Of a DNA stretch of 64,000 bases, positions 1-10,018 are shown piece by piece. Position numbers and translations under genes: made by a program. Numbering within the stretch: position 1 is the first letter of the stretch; each line of letters starts with the position of its first letter. This DNA is from Chlorobiales bacterium Clorobi_01 (GTDB taxonomy: Bacteria > Bacteroidota > Chlorobiia > Chlorobiales > Chlorobiaceae). The notes under the pieces are model-generated. The model did no database searches. It saw only the letters and a list, made by a program, of their open reading frames with translations, and had not been told where the DNA came from. The stretch lies in contig LUZT01000006.1 of the NCBI GenBank assembly GCA_001602925.1, forward strand, positions 632,438-696,437, in the 5' to 3' direction.

Positions 1-130
1 TGAGCTGGCGGGGGCTGGCGGGGAGGTGATATTGCGGGACGGGTCTGTCAGATAGTACCGATCCGTCTGATCTTTGTCGGATTACCAGAAATTTTGGAAA
101 GGCATGCTTTTTCCAGAAACAGACGTGATG

Positions 131-3019
131 CTATTCCCAATCCTCGGCGTCATCAAGAATGATTTCAAACTCGGTGTTCTCAAACGAAAGTGGTGGAATA
201 TTGAGAAGGAGTTCTTGTGCAGCATGTTCTACATCGTTTTCAGGAGTGTAGAAAATATTCCGATTATGTAACCCAAATTTTTTCCAAGGGTTTCCATATT
301 TGTCATATTCAGGCATTTCAGCTGAGTTTATCAATCGCTCGTCAATGGCAATATGGTCATGCGAGTGTTGTGATAATGCAACAGGACCATTTTTCAAAAA
401 TGTACTTTTTGCTTTAACTAACGAAAGCTCGTTTTTGTCAGCATCTTTCGGCCAAAGGTAGCCTGTGCAAATTCCTTCAATGGAAACAAGTTGACAATAA
501 TTCAATTCATTATCAGTAAATAATTCATTTTTTATAGATAATCTTCTGGATTCATTCTCGTCATAATAAGGAATTCCGAGACATGGGGTTTCGAATGTCC
601 AAGAGGATTCATGCCAAGCAACACCAAATGGTACCAATACAAGCCGCTTATGCTTACGCAAAGCCTTCTGTGGCGTCAACCAAGTCAATCCTGTAGATGT
701 TCTACAAGGGAGCAAAAGGGCTGGAATGTCATTCATTGAATAAGTCGTAATAGCCAATCGCCATAAAGCTGCAACTTCTTGTGATCGAACAGCTAATTGT
801 TGCATGACTTCTACAATAAGTTTTTTAGCGACTATTTTGTTTACCAAATGGTCGAAAAAATAGTCGTCGCGAAGTTTTCTTCCCGCCGTTAAAGCACGGG
901 GAGGCAGTCGATAAAAATTCAGCAAAAGCAGCGTGTTTCTGGCGATTTCGCTAGATAAGTAAATTCCGCATTTACATACAAGGGTATCAATAGTATATTG
1001 TAAAGCATCAAAATAAGCCTTTGTTATTTCCATAATTGGCAAACCTGAAGGCTTAATGGTTTGGAAGGCAAGGCGTCCATCGGCAATCAACACTTTCGAC
1101 TGTAAAAAAACCTTGACAGGGACTGAGTGGACATTAGCTTTTAATGAAGAAAATAAAGGGCCAAAAGGGTCATCATAAGGATTTTTTGGTTCTAACCTAA
1201 ATTCAATTGGCCGTCGTGGGCCATATGAATCACTGTTGATGGAAATGGGAAATTCTAGAAAAACTCCCCATTGCTTAACAGCTTGATCGAATTGTTGTTT
1301 GCTAGCATCAGACAAACCAAGAGCATTGAGATCAAAACGACGAATTGGCATTGAATCCCAATTCTCGGCGCGTGGTTTGTCTGGATCGATCCAGAGTTTA
1401 ACCTGCGTTCCGGGAGCGGCGTCAGCACTATCTTCTACATTTTCAACGAGAAAATGATCCGATGGTGACTGAATTGAAAGACGTAACCCTTTCGGTTCAT
1501 GATAAGGTCGAGTTACTACCTCGATCTTGTCAGCAACCATCAAGCATGAGAGAAACCCGATACCAAAGTTACTGATCGAGGGAAACGAGAACTCTTCCCT
1601 GAATTCATCGGTCTTGTAGTAGCTGATTCCGACCTTTAAGAAATAATTGTTGATCTGTTTCAGCGTCATTCCCACGCCCGGATCGGCGATTGAAAATGTC
1701 AGATATTCTTTCTCGGCAATCGTCTCTTTTCCGGTGTTGACCGTGATTGTATATCGCTCCGTTACTTCGTGCGGCCAGTGCCAGGGGTTGTCTGGCGGGA
1801 ACAATGGATCATGATTTCCGATCTGCTGTTTGTGGTCGCGAACCATTTGCGCACGGGTAGCATCCACCGCGTTTTGAAGCAACTCCCGGACGAATACGCA
1901 GCCGTCAGAATAGATTTCATCGCCCAGCAAACGCATGATCCGTTGACGATCCAGCTCAAACGAAACCTGACCCTCTGCGGCTAATCCTTTCGCTGTGACG
2001 CGACTCTTATCAAAACGAAGTGCGCCTAATTGAAGCCGCTGGGAGAGTTGCGGTTCCATAATGCGCTCATAGTGATGAACGAATTGAATTTCATCTTCCA
2101 GCCATTTCAGCCAATCATTGGCCAACCTGTAGGCTTCCCGTTCATTGACGCCGCCGCTGTCAATATCGAAATGGCCACTGATTTCGATCAACTCTGCCTG
2201 GCAGCGATCAATCTTCAGCTTGCGCTCTTTGCGCCAGTGGGCCTCGGAAACCGGATTCAGTGGACGAAGATAATCCCACATGAGTGACGAGATTCTTCCT
2301 TCACCCAAATCCAGAAGATCACCGAGCCGGAGGAGAATGGCGAGAAATCGCAGATCAACCAAATCACCATTGCCGCCAAACTCGCGTGGACGCAACGACT
2401 CGTCTTCAAGAACTTTCTTACGATCCCATGAGTGCGCAACGGAGACGGCTACGACCGCCTCCACAAAATCATTGCCGACAAGGATGCGCAAGGTTTGGCC
2501 TGTTGGCGATAGCGCATGTTTACCTTCGCTGAAAACGAAGGTGCCCAATCGCTCTGCGTGTTTGCCGCGATTGTATGACGCTGCAAGCAGTTGAAGTCCC
2601 AAACGCCCCAGCCATTCTCGCCCCGTCGATGAAAGCTCCCGCTCAACCTCATCGAGTTTTCCTGCAAAGTGCCGCGAGCAATATTTCTTGAATTCCTGGT
2701 CGGTGCGGAGTGCGTTCGCCTCCTCCCGCGTCGTCCACATTCCAGCATCGTGAAGCAATGCTGAAAGCAGGAATATGTAGAGTTCCGGCTGATTGAGTTC
2801 CGCACCTTTCTGTGGAAGAGTCTGCCCGATTCGCTGAACAATACGCGATGAATGGTGAAGATCGTGATCGGTGAATTCCTCAGCTCCAAGTGGCCGACTG
2901 ACGAGAAGCGGAGCTACGTAACCATAAACACGCCGAAGTGCTTCAGCGTAAGGTTGATCCAGCAGCTTGACTAACGGAAGGTCATCCCATTTCGGCGAAG
3001 AAGAGAGAAGTGCGCTCAT
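131..3019 (-). CDS. HD-domain (HD-CE-like) / Hsp90-like GHKL ATPase fusion protein, putative conflict/defence protein
   Basis: 962-aa ORF. N-terminal FTDHDLHHSSRIV...LLSALLHDAGM (HD motif) and LRLGDLLDL. Central GHKL boxes RELLQNAVDA, DPGVGMT and SNFGIGFLSCLMVADKIEVVTR. AT-rich, unrecognised C-terminal third. Confidence 0.8.
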   Translation of the reverse strand: MSALLSSSPKWDDLPLVKLLDQPYAEALRRVYGYVAPLLVSRPLGAEEFTDHDLHHSSRIVQRIGQTLPQKGAELNQPELYIFLLSALLHDAGMWTTREEANALRTDQEFKKYCSRHFAGKLDEVERELSSTGREWLGRLGLQLLAASYNRGKHAERLGTFVFSEGKHALSPTGQTLRILVGNDFVEAVVAVSVAHSWDRKKVLEDESLRPREFGGNGDLVDLRFLAILLRLGDLLDLGEGRISSLMWDYLRPLNPVSEAHWRKERKLKIDRCQAELIEISGHFDIDSGGVNEREAYRLANDWLKWLEDEIQFVHHYERIMEPQLSQRLQLGALRFDKSRVTAKGLAAEGQVSFELDRQRIMRLLGDEIYSDGCVFVRELLQNAVDATRAQMVRDHKQQIGNHDPLFPPDNPWHWPHEVTERYTITVNTGKETIAEKEYLTFSIADPGVGMTLKQINNYFLKVGISYYKTDEFREEFSFPSISNFGIGFLSCLMVADKIEVVTRPYHEPKGLRLSIQSPSDHFLVENVEDSADAAPGTQVKLWIDPDKPRAENWDSMPIRRFDLNALGLSDASKQQFDQAVKQWGVFLEFPISINSDSYGPRRPIEFRLEPKNPYDDPFGPLFSSLKANVHSVPVKVFLQSKVLIADGRLAFQTIKPSGLPIMEITKAYFDALQYTIDTLVCKCGIYLSSEIARNTLLLLNFYRLPPRALTAGRKLRDDYFFDHLVNKIVAKKLIVEVMQQLAVRSQEVAALWRLAITTYSMNDIPALLLPCRTSTGLTWLTPQKALRKHKRLVLVPFGVAWHESSWTFETPCLGIPYYDENESRRLSIKNELFTDNELNYCQLVSIEGICTGYLWPKDADKNELSLVKAKSTFLKNGPVALSQHSHDHIAIDERLINSAEMPEYDKYGNPWKKFGLHNRNIFYTPENDVEHAAQELLLNIPPLSFENTEFEIILDDAEDWE

Positions 3020-3164
3020 GTGTCGTTGTTAGAATTAGTCAATCAATTTTCCTCAACTAATTTACCGTGTTGCATTCTTTTGAACGTAATCTACTCAAGC
3101 GTAATGAGTGCGCAAAGCGGAGTATGTATTCCGCTGGTGCGTGAAACCTGGGAGAGGGGTGAGT

Positions 3165-3190
3165 GCCAAGCTGGAGCATGGCGTTCCCAG
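3165..3190 (+). repeat. REP-like palindromic repeat (single copy)
   Basis: GCCAAGCTGGAGCATGGCGTTCCCAG closely matches the repeat copies at 31107-31132 (reverse complement) and 31218-31243. Confidence 0.6.
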
Positions 3191-3208
3191 CGGAAGAAAA
3201 GTGAAAAC

Positions 3209-3243
3209 AAAAAAAGCCGCCCTTTTTCAAGGCGGCTTTTTTT
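3209..3243 (-). terminator. Rho-independent terminator downstream of ahcY (bidirectional type)
   Basis: A-tract, AGCCGCC / GGCGGCT stem, then T-tract, immediately after the ahcY stop. Confidence 0.8.
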
Positions 3244-3270
3244 GCGTTGATCCCGGCGGGAAACCGCAGA

Positions 3271-4686
3271 TCAGTAGCGGTAGTGCTCCGGCTTGTAGGG
3301 GCCTTCGACCGGGACGCTGATGTAGTCGGCCTGCTCTTTGGTGAGCGTGGTCAGCTTGACGCCGATCTGGCCGAGGTGCAGGCGTGCAACCTCTTCGTCG
3401 AGCTTTTTGGGCAGGCGATAAACGTCAACCTTGTAGTCGTTCTGCCAGAGTTCGATCTGGGCGAGCGTCTGGTTGGTGAAGGAGTTGCTCATCACAAACG
3501 ACGGGTGGCCGGTGGCGCAACCGAGGTTCACGAGGCGGCCTTCGGCGAGCAGGTACATGCAGTTGCCGTTTTCGAAGACATACTTGTCGACCTGCGGCTT
3601 GATGTTGATCCGGGTCGCACCCGCGAAGTTGTTGAGCGCATCGACCTGGATTTCGTTGTCGAAGTGGCCGATGTTGCAGACAATCGCTTCGTCGCGCATC
3701 TGCTTGATGTGGTCGAGGGTGATCACATCCTTGTTGCCGGTGGTGGTGACGAAGATGTTGCCCTCTTTGACAGCCTCTTCCATGGTGGTGACTTCAAAGC
3801 CCTCCATGGCGGCCTGCAGTGCGCAGATCGGGTCGATCTCGGTGACGATCACGCGAGCGCCGTAGGTGCGCATCGAGTGGGCGCAGCCCTTGCCGACGTC
3901 GCCGTAGCCAAGCACAACGACCACCTTGCCGGCGATCATGACGTCCGTGGCGCGCTTGATGCCATCAGCGAGCGACTCGCGGCAACCGTAGAGGTTGTCG
4001 AACTTCGACTTGGTGACCGAGTCGTTGACGTTGATGGCCGGGAAGAGCAGTTCACCCTTTTCCATCATCTGGTACAGGCGATGCACGCCGGTGGTGGTCT
4101 CTTCGGAGACGCCCTTCATGCCGGCGGCAACCTTGTGCCAGCGCTGGTTGTCTTCAGCGAAAACATCCTTGAGCTGCTGGAAGAGGGCCTTCTCTTCGGC
4201 GTTGCCCGGGGTTTTGTCGAGCATCGAGGGATCGTTCTCGATCTTGTAGCCGAGGTGGATCATTAGCGTGGCGTCGCCGCCGTCATCGACGATGAGGTTC
4301 GGGCCGAGGCCGCCTTCGAACTCAAGAATCTGACGGGTGCACCACCAGTACTCGTCGAGGGTCTCGCCCTTCCATGCGAACACCGGCACACCGGCGGCAG
4401 CGATGGCTGCTGCGGCGTGATCCTGCGTCGAGAAGATGTTGCAGCTCGCCCAGCGCACGTCGGCGCCGAGTTCGACGAGTGTTTCGATCAGGACGGCGGT
4501 CTGGATGGTCATGTGCAGGGAGCCAGCGATGCGGGCGCCTGCGAGTGGCTTCTTGCCTTCGTATTTCTTGCGCGTAGCCATCAGGCCCGGCATCTCTTTT
4601 TCAGCGATTTCGATCTCTTTGCGGCCCCATTCGGCAAGCGAAATATCGGCCACCTTGTAGTCGAGCACTGCTGCTTCTGTTGTCAT
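3271..4686 (-). CDS. ahcY: Adenosylhomocysteinase (SAH hydrolase)
   Basis: Motifs [60 protein letters not shown]. Confidence 0.99.
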   Translation of the reverse strand: MTTEAAVLDYKVADISLAEWGRKEIEIAEKEMPGLMATRKKYEGKKPLAGARIAGSLHMTIQTAVLIETLVELGADVRWASCNIFSTQDHAAAAIAAAGVPVFAWKGETLDEYWWCTRQILEFEGGLGPNLIVDDGGDATLMIHLGYKIENDPSMLDKTPGNAEEKALFQQLKDVFAEDNQRWHKVAAGMKGVSEETTTGVHRLYQMMEKGELLFPAINVNDSVTKSKFDNLYGCRESLADGIKRATDVMIAGKVVVVLGYGDVGKGCAHSMRTYGARVIVTEIDPICALQAAMEGFEVTTMEEAVKEGNIFVTTTGNKDVITLDHIKQMRDEAIVCNIGHFDNEIQVDALNNFAGATRINIKPQVDKYVFENGNCMYLLAEGRLVNLGCATGHPSFVMSNSFTNQTLAQIELWQNDYKVDVYRLPKKLDEEVARLHLGQIGVKLTTLTKEQADYISVPVEGPYKPEHYRY

Positions 4687-4769
4687 GATGTCAGCGTGTT
4701 TTCAGTTTTTTCGGAATAGAGGAAAGCCTCCGGGACGCAAGTCCGCAGAGGCTTTCAGAGGGTTTTTGA

Positions 4770-5984
4770 TCAGAGGCCCAGAGCGGCTTTCAGCTCGGCA
4801 ACCTTCTCGGTCTTTTCCCACGGGAACTGTTCGCGACCGAAGTGGCCGTAAGCAGCCGTGTCGCGGTAGCACCAGCCGTGCGGACGGTCGAGGTTGAAGC
4901 GGCGGATGATGGCCAGCGGACGGAGATCGAAGATAGCCTCAGCTTTCTCCTGGATCTGCTCGTCGGAGAGGCCGTGCTTGCCGGTGCCGTGGGTGTTGAT
5001 GTAGATCGAGACCGGACGGGCCACGCCGATGGCGTAGGAGACCTGCACGGTGCACTTGTCGGCGAGATCCGCGGCGACGATGTTCTTGGCCACGTGGCGG
5101 GCTGCGTAAGCCGCGCTGCGGTCAACCTTCGACGGGTCTTTGCCGCTGAACGCGCCACCGCCGTGCGGAGCTGCGCCGCCGTAAGTGTCAACGATGATCT
5201 TGCGGCCGGTCAGACCGGTGTCGCCGTGAGGACCGCCGATTTCAAAACGGCCGGTCGGGTTGATGTGGAACTTGGTGTTCTCATCGATCAGCTCGGCGGG
5301 GATCACCTTCTTGATGACGTTTTCGATGATGTCGTTCTTGATGACGGCCTGGAACTCGGCTTCGCTCATGCCTGCCGGTTCGGGATCGTGCTGCGTTGAG
5401 ACCACCACGGCGTCAACGCGGAGCACGTTATCGTTTCCGTCGTATTCGAGCGTCACCTGGCTCTTGGCGTCGGGGCGGAGGTAGGTCATGATCTTGCCCT
5501 CCTTGCGGATTTCGGCAAGCAACCTGACCAGCTCCTGTGCGTACTGGATGGCGGCAGGCATCAGCTCGGGGGTGTCGTTGCAGGCGTAACCGAACATCAT
5601 GCCCTGGTCGCCAGCGCCAACGCGGTCGAACTCGTCGGCAATCTCTTCCTTGCGGTCAACGCCACGGTTGATGTCGGGCGACTGCGCGTGCAGGGCCGAG
5701 AGGATACCGCAGGAGTTTGCGTCAAACATGTATTCACCCTTGGTATAACCGATCTCGGTGATGGTTTTGCGGGCGATGGTCTGGACATCGACGATGCCTT
5801 TGGTGGTGACTTCGCCGCCGACGATCACCTGACCGGTGGTAACGAACGTTTCGCAGGCGACGCGGGAGTTGGGGTCCTGTTTGATGAACTCATCCAGCAC
5901 GGCGTCGGAAATCTGATCGGCTACCTTGTCCGGATGGCCTTCTGAAACTGATTCCGAGGTAAAGTAATACCTTGAATGTGACAT
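4770..5984 (-). CDS. metK: S-adenosylmethionine synthetase
   Basis: [61 protein letters not shown]. Confidence 0.99.
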   Translation of the reverse strand: MSHSRYYFTSESVSEGHPDKVADQISDAVLDEFIKQDPNSRVACETFVTTGQVIVGGEVTTKGIVDVQTIARKTITEIGYTKGEYMFDANSCGILSALHAQSPDINRGVDRKEEIADEFDRVGAGDQGMMFGYACNDTPELMPAAIQYAQELVRLLAEIRKEGKIMTYLRPDAKSQVTLEYDGNDNVLRVDAVVVSTQHDPEPAGMSEAEFQAVIKNDIIENVIKKVIPAELIDENTKFHINPTGRFEIGGPHGDTGLTGRKIIVDTYGGAAPHGGGAFSGKDPSKVDRSAAYAARHVAKNIVAADLADKCTVQVSYAIGVARPVSIYINTHGTGKHGLSDEQIQEKAEAIFDLRPLAIIRRFNLDRPHGWCYRDTAAYGHFGREQFPWEKTEKVAELKAALGL

Positions 5985-6079
5985 AGTTTCCCTTTCGGTT
6001 TTTTGTTAATCGAACGACAAGAACGGCAGGCGTCCGGCGGGTTGCCGATGCGGTGTTCTCGTGAAGATGAATGTCGTGG

Positions 6080-6180
6080 AGGGACAGACGGGACACGGGA
6101 AGCCTTTCGGCAAGCTCCGGGGACAAGTCCCGCGAGAGAGCTTTTGGCACCGTGTCCATAGGTAATGGGGATGCCTGAAA
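6080..6180 (-). ncRNA. SAM-Chlorobi-like structured 5' leader (candidate SAM riboswitch)
   Basis: Lies in the 5' UTR of metK-ahcY. On the minus strand GGACACGG pairs with CCGTGTCC (plus 6150-6157 and 6091-6098), enclosing AAGCTC/GAGCTT, GGGA-CTTG-TCCC and GCC-GAAA-GGC helices. Position matches the published SAM-Chlorobi motif. Boundaries approximate. Confidence 0.75.
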
Positions 6181-6188
6181 ATCAACGA

Positions 6189-6196
6189 CAAATGTA
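6189..6196 (-). promoter_or_regulatory. TAnnTTTG-type promoter element upstream of the metK leader
   Basis: Minus-strand TACATTTG just 5' of the structured leader; matches the Bacteroidetes/Chlorobi -7 consensus. Confidence 0.5.
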
Positions 6197-6399
6197 CGAA
6201 TTCGAAATTTGCCATGCAAGTTCAATGTGGAGGGCTAGGTGAATTCTTCTGTGTCAGGAACCGGTGGACGATGTGGATAAAAGAGAGGTAAATAGTTAGC
6301 ATGAAGTTCACAATACTGAGTGGTAATGGATGGCGGCAATGGTTTATTTTCTCGGGTGATCAGGGCGTTTTGCGGAAAAACCTTACCAGACAATAATCT

Positions 6400-8112
6400 G
6401 TGATGAACATTGGTGGCTTGTTCAGGAAAACCGGCGTGGTTTTTGCGCTGTTCGTGTTGCTCCAGCTCCCGGCAGCGGCATGGGCCAAAGCGTGGAAGTT
6501 CGGGGTGATGGGGGATACGCAGTGGACAACGGCCGATCCTTCGGGGCAAAATCCGCACACCGTGCCGGTTTCGATCATCCGGCAGGTGAACCGGCAGTTC
6601 ATCGATGCTGGCGTGAAGTTCGTCATTCAGGTCGGCGACCTGAGCGACGACGGCAAGGAGATTTCCGAAGAAGAACGGGTGGCTGCCGCTCAACCGCTGA
6701 TCGACGCAGGCATCGGCTTTTTTGCTTTCCGGGGCAATCACGAGGCCAAAAGCGCGGAGAACGGTTACGGTGCGCCTGGTTTCCGGAAGCGCTATCCTCA
6801 GACTCGCGGCGGCGTTTTCCGGAAAGGAAACGGCGATTCCTTTACCGTAGGCTCCAATTTCAGCAGCCCGGTCAGAGTCAGCCGCGATCTCGACGGGCTG
6901 AGCTACTCGTTCGATTGCGGCGAGGGCGAGGAGAGGGCGCGTTTCGTGATTATCGACAACTGGCCGCTGCCGGGCCGTCTCGTCACCAATTCGACGCACT
7001 ACCCATCCGGCTACACCATTGCCGACCAGCAGCCCTGGATCAGCGCTCTGCTCGACAAGCGCAACAGGAAAACGCCCCACGCCTTTGTCTTGTCGCATCA
7101 GCCGCTGATCGGCGAGGGACATCAGGACACGCTTTTCAGCGGCTTCGCCAATGAGCATCCGGAATGGCAGAACCGGTTTTTCGAGAGCCTGCAAAGCAAC
7201 GGCGTGCGCCTGTTCATCTGCGGCCACGATCACATACACCAGCGCTCGGTCATTACGAGTCCCGACGGCAAATCGAAGGCCGAACAGCTCATCGCGCAAT
7301 CGAACAGCAGCAAGTTCTACACGCCGAAATCCCTCGACGACACCAACTGGTTCGGGCAGAAAAGCCGCGAAATTTCGATCTCACAGGAGCATCAGACGGT
7401 CGGCTATTACATATTTACCATCAATGGCCCGAGCGTGACGGTCGATTACTGGGCCGACGACCAAGGTCGCTGGCAATCCGACGCCAACTATCCGCAAGGC
7501 GCTGGCCGTCCGGACACCGGCGTGACGCCGCAGTTCCGTTTTGTCAAAAAGGAGAGCTGGAGCTACAGCCTGAACGGCAGGCAATTCCTTGTTCCGCAGG
7601 GGGTGGGCTATTCGGTGGTGCGGGATCGGTTCAACGGCTGCGAAGCGCGGATTCTCGATGGTGTCAACACAAGCGCGTCGAGAGATGCCAGCCTCGACAC
7701 CGGCGGCAAGGGGCGAGCGCTTACCAAGACGGTCAACACCGGCTGGATTGCTGCCAAACCGTCCAGGCATAGCGGTAACAATCCGGCAAGCGCTGTTTTT
7801 CAACTCAGCGGACTTGGCGAGTCGGGCAGTGATCACACCGATAAGTATGTACTGTCGATGAGCTATGACCCGGCAACGGTTCGTCAAAAAAGCATTGCCA
7901 GCGGCGGGTTCGGTCTCGTGACGCAAGACGCCGCCGGGCGGTGGCTCAACGCAGTCGAGGCCAATATCGGTGGTTCCGCAACTTTCATCGACGGGTCGTG
8001 GAAGCGGGGTTACGCGCTCGGTTCGTACGGTGTCGACCGCAAGCATCACCGCGCTTGGGCGGTACTGAACCATGAGGGCGCTTTTGCCGTTGCGAATTTT
8101 TCTGCACATTGA
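6400..8112 (+). CDS. Secreted calcineurin-like metallophosphoesterase with extra C-terminal domain
   Basis: Signal-peptide-like N-terminus (…LQLPAAAWA). Motifs GDTQ, GDLSD, GNHE, LSHQP, GHDH. Confidence 0.85.
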   Translation: MMNIGGLFRKTGVVFALFVLLQLPAAAWAKAWKFGVMGDTQWTTADPSGQNPHTVPVSIIRQVNRQFIDAGVKFVIQVGDLSDDGKEISEEERVAAAQPLIDAGIGFFAFRGNHEAKSAENGYGAPGFRKRYPQTRGGVFRKGNGDSFTVGSNFSSPVRVSRDLDGLSYSFDCGEGEERARFVIIDNWPLPGRLVTNSTHYPSGYTIADQQPWISALLDKRNRKTPHAFVLSHQPLIGEGHQDTLFSGFANEHPEWQNRFFESLQSNGVRLFICGHDHIHQRSVITSPDGKSKAEQLIAQSNSSKFYTPKSLDDTNWFGQKSREISISQEHQTVGYYIFTINGPSVTVDYWADDQGRWQSDANYPQGAGRPDTGVTPQFRFVKKESWSYSLNGRQFLVPQGVGYSVVRDRFNGCEARILDGVNTSASRDASLDTGGKGRALTKTVNTGWIAAKPSRHSGNNPASAVFQLSGLGESGSDHTDKYVLSMSYDPATVRQKSIASGGFGLVTQDAAGRWLNAVEANIGGSATFIDGSWKRGYALGSYGVDRKHHRAWAVLNHEGAFAVANFSAH

Positions 8113-8197
8113 GGCTCAAGCCCTCGCCGTCAATTCAAGAATGGATAACTGAAATGGAGGTCTGATAACCGGAAATGTCCTGCAACCGGAGACAACC

Positions 8198-8710
8198 ATG
8201 CTTCTGCAAAAATCCAAAGTTCTGGTACTCAACGCGAGTTACGAACCGCTGAGCATCTGCGATGCCCGCAATGCCGTGTTGCTGCTCTTTTGCGGCAAGG
8301 CGATGATGGTCGCCAGCCATCCGGAGCACCGTATCCGCACGGTAACGGAGAACTTTCCGCTGCCGAGCATCGTCAGGCTGATGGTTTACGTGCGAATCGA
8401 TTACCGGGGCGCGGTGCTGAACCGTAAAAACCTCTTCAGGCGGGATGGGTTCAGGTGCCAGTATTGCGGCTGCAAGGATGACTCGCTGACGGTCGATCAC
8501 GTCATGCCGAAATCACGCGGCGGCGAGGACACCTGGGAGAACCTCATCACCGCCTGCAAGCCCTGCAATACGAAAAAGGGAAACCGCACGCCATCAGAAG
8601 CGGGTATGGCCATGCTGAACAAGCCGGTCAGGCCGAGCCATATCACGCTCATGCGTCAGCACTACCTGTCAATCTCCGATGAGTGGAAGCCCTACCTTTT
8701 CATGAGCTGA
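8198..8710 (+). CDS. HNH endonuclease (McrA-like)
   Basis: [49 protein letters not shown]. Confidence 0.93.
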   Translation: MLLQKSKVLVLNASYEPLSICDARNAVLLLFCGKAMMVASHPEHRIRTVTENFPLPSIVRLMVYVRIDYRGAVLNRKNLFRRDGFRCQYCGCKDDSLTVDHVMPKSRGGEDTWENLITACKPCNTKKGNRTPSEAGMAMLNKPVRPSHITLMRQHYLSISDEWKPYLFMS

Positions 8711-8745
8711 GCGGCGCGAGTACCTTCCGGCAGCCATCCATGCCC

Positions 8746-9723
8746 TCATCCCATTCTGATTTCCGAATAATCGCCGATGTTCAGCTCGTGGCCCATCGCC
8801 GATACGATGGCATTGTTGCCGACGATCGAACGGTCAAGCATGATGTCGCTGACCTGCGATTTGCGTCCGATGATGGAGTTCATGATAATGGAGTCCCTGA
8901 CGATCGCGTGTTCGGCGATTGTGGCGTTTGGACCGATGATGGAGTTCGTGACGGTGGCGCTGTCGGCAATGAATACCGGCGGGTTGATGATGCAGCCGGG
9001 GAGTGATTTTTGCCGGGTATCCCTCTGCAAGAGAACTTCGTTCGTTGAGAGAAGCGTTTCAGGTTTGCCGCAATCGTACCATCCCTGCACCGGGAAGGTT
9101 GAAAATGGTTCGCCGAGATCGATCATGTGCTGCAGGGCGTCGGTAAGCTGGAATTCGCCTTTGGTCCGGATGTCGTTGGCGATGATGTAATCAATGCTGT
9201 TGAAAAGCGTGCCTGCCCTGTGCAGAAAATAGAGCCCGACGATTGCCAGATTGCTCACCGGTTGCTCCGGCTTTTCCACGAGCCGCACGATCCTGTTGCC
9301 CTCGGTGACCACCACCCCGAAGCGTCTCGGATCTTCAACCTCTTTGACCCCGAGCGTCGAAACACTGCTGCCGAGTACCAGCTTCAGGTCGACATCAAAA
9401 ATGGTGTCTCCGAGGATGATGAAGAGTGGCTCTTCATCGAGCACATGCGGTCTGCACATATGGACCGCATGGGCGAGACCGAGCTGGTCGGCCTGGGTGA
9501 CAAAGGTCAGTTTGATAGAATAGTGTGAGGTGAGGTACTCCTCGATTTTGCCCCCGAGATAACCAACGATGATCACGGCCTCATCAATGCCCGATTCGAT
9601 GAGTTTGTCCATGATATGACCGATGATCGGCTTGCCGGCTACATTGAGCAGTACTTTCGGTTGGGAAAAGGTATGCGGACGAAGACGGCTTCCGACACCG
9701 GCAACGGGAATGATGGCTTTCAT
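8746..9723 (-). CDS. Sugar-phosphate nucleotidyltransferase (glucose-1-phosphate thymidylyltransferase long-form family)
   Basis: MKAIIPVAGVGSRLRPHT...PK motif, EKP, C-terminal left-handed beta-helix hexapeptide repeats. Confidence 0.9.
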   Translation of the reverse strand: MKAIIPVAGVGSRLRPHTFSQPKVLLNVAGKPIIGHIMDKLIESGIDEAVIIVGYLGGKIEEYLTSHYSIKLTFVTQADQLGLAHAVHMCRPHVLDEEPLFIILGDTIFDVDLKLVLGSSVSTLGVKEVEDPRRFGVVVTEGNRIVRLVEKPEQPVSNLAIVGLYFLHRAGTLFNSIDYIIANDIRTKGEFQLTDALQHMIDLGEPFSTFPVQGWYDCGKPETLLSTNEVLLQRDTRQKSLPGCIINPPVFIADSATVTNSIIGPNATIAEHAIVRDSIIMNSIIGRKSQVSDIMLDRSIVGNNAIVSAMGHELNIGDYSEIRMG

Positions 9724-10018
9724 GTCAGGGGTCGCTTTTGATTGACTGAAAATATGTGTATCAATTTACTTCAATTGCAGGAGATTATCATTATTCGGAA
9801 GTCGGTGAAAAAAACATCGTTCAGGTAATCGGAGAAATTGCGTTCTTGCAGGTGGTGCTGTGTTTGCGGGCTTTTGTGCGCTTAAAGATCATTGTGACAT
9901 CATGGTGAAACAGTCATGGAAAAAAGCTGAAATCTTGTATCTTTTGCACGGTTCTTTCCTATAACAATCGTTATAGGAGGAGTTGTTCATGTAAACGTTT
10001 TACTTCTTTCAGGCAATC

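Noticed and set aside
1-128. Short GCTGGCGGGG tandem repeat and imperfect palindromes at the window edge
   Set aside because: Too short and truncated to interpret; the palindrome near 90-118 is probably just a terminator of the HD-ATPase gene.
8198-8710. HNH nuclease as a mobile or defence element
   Set aside because: Host-like composition, standalone McrA-like type, no flanking repeats or partner genes.
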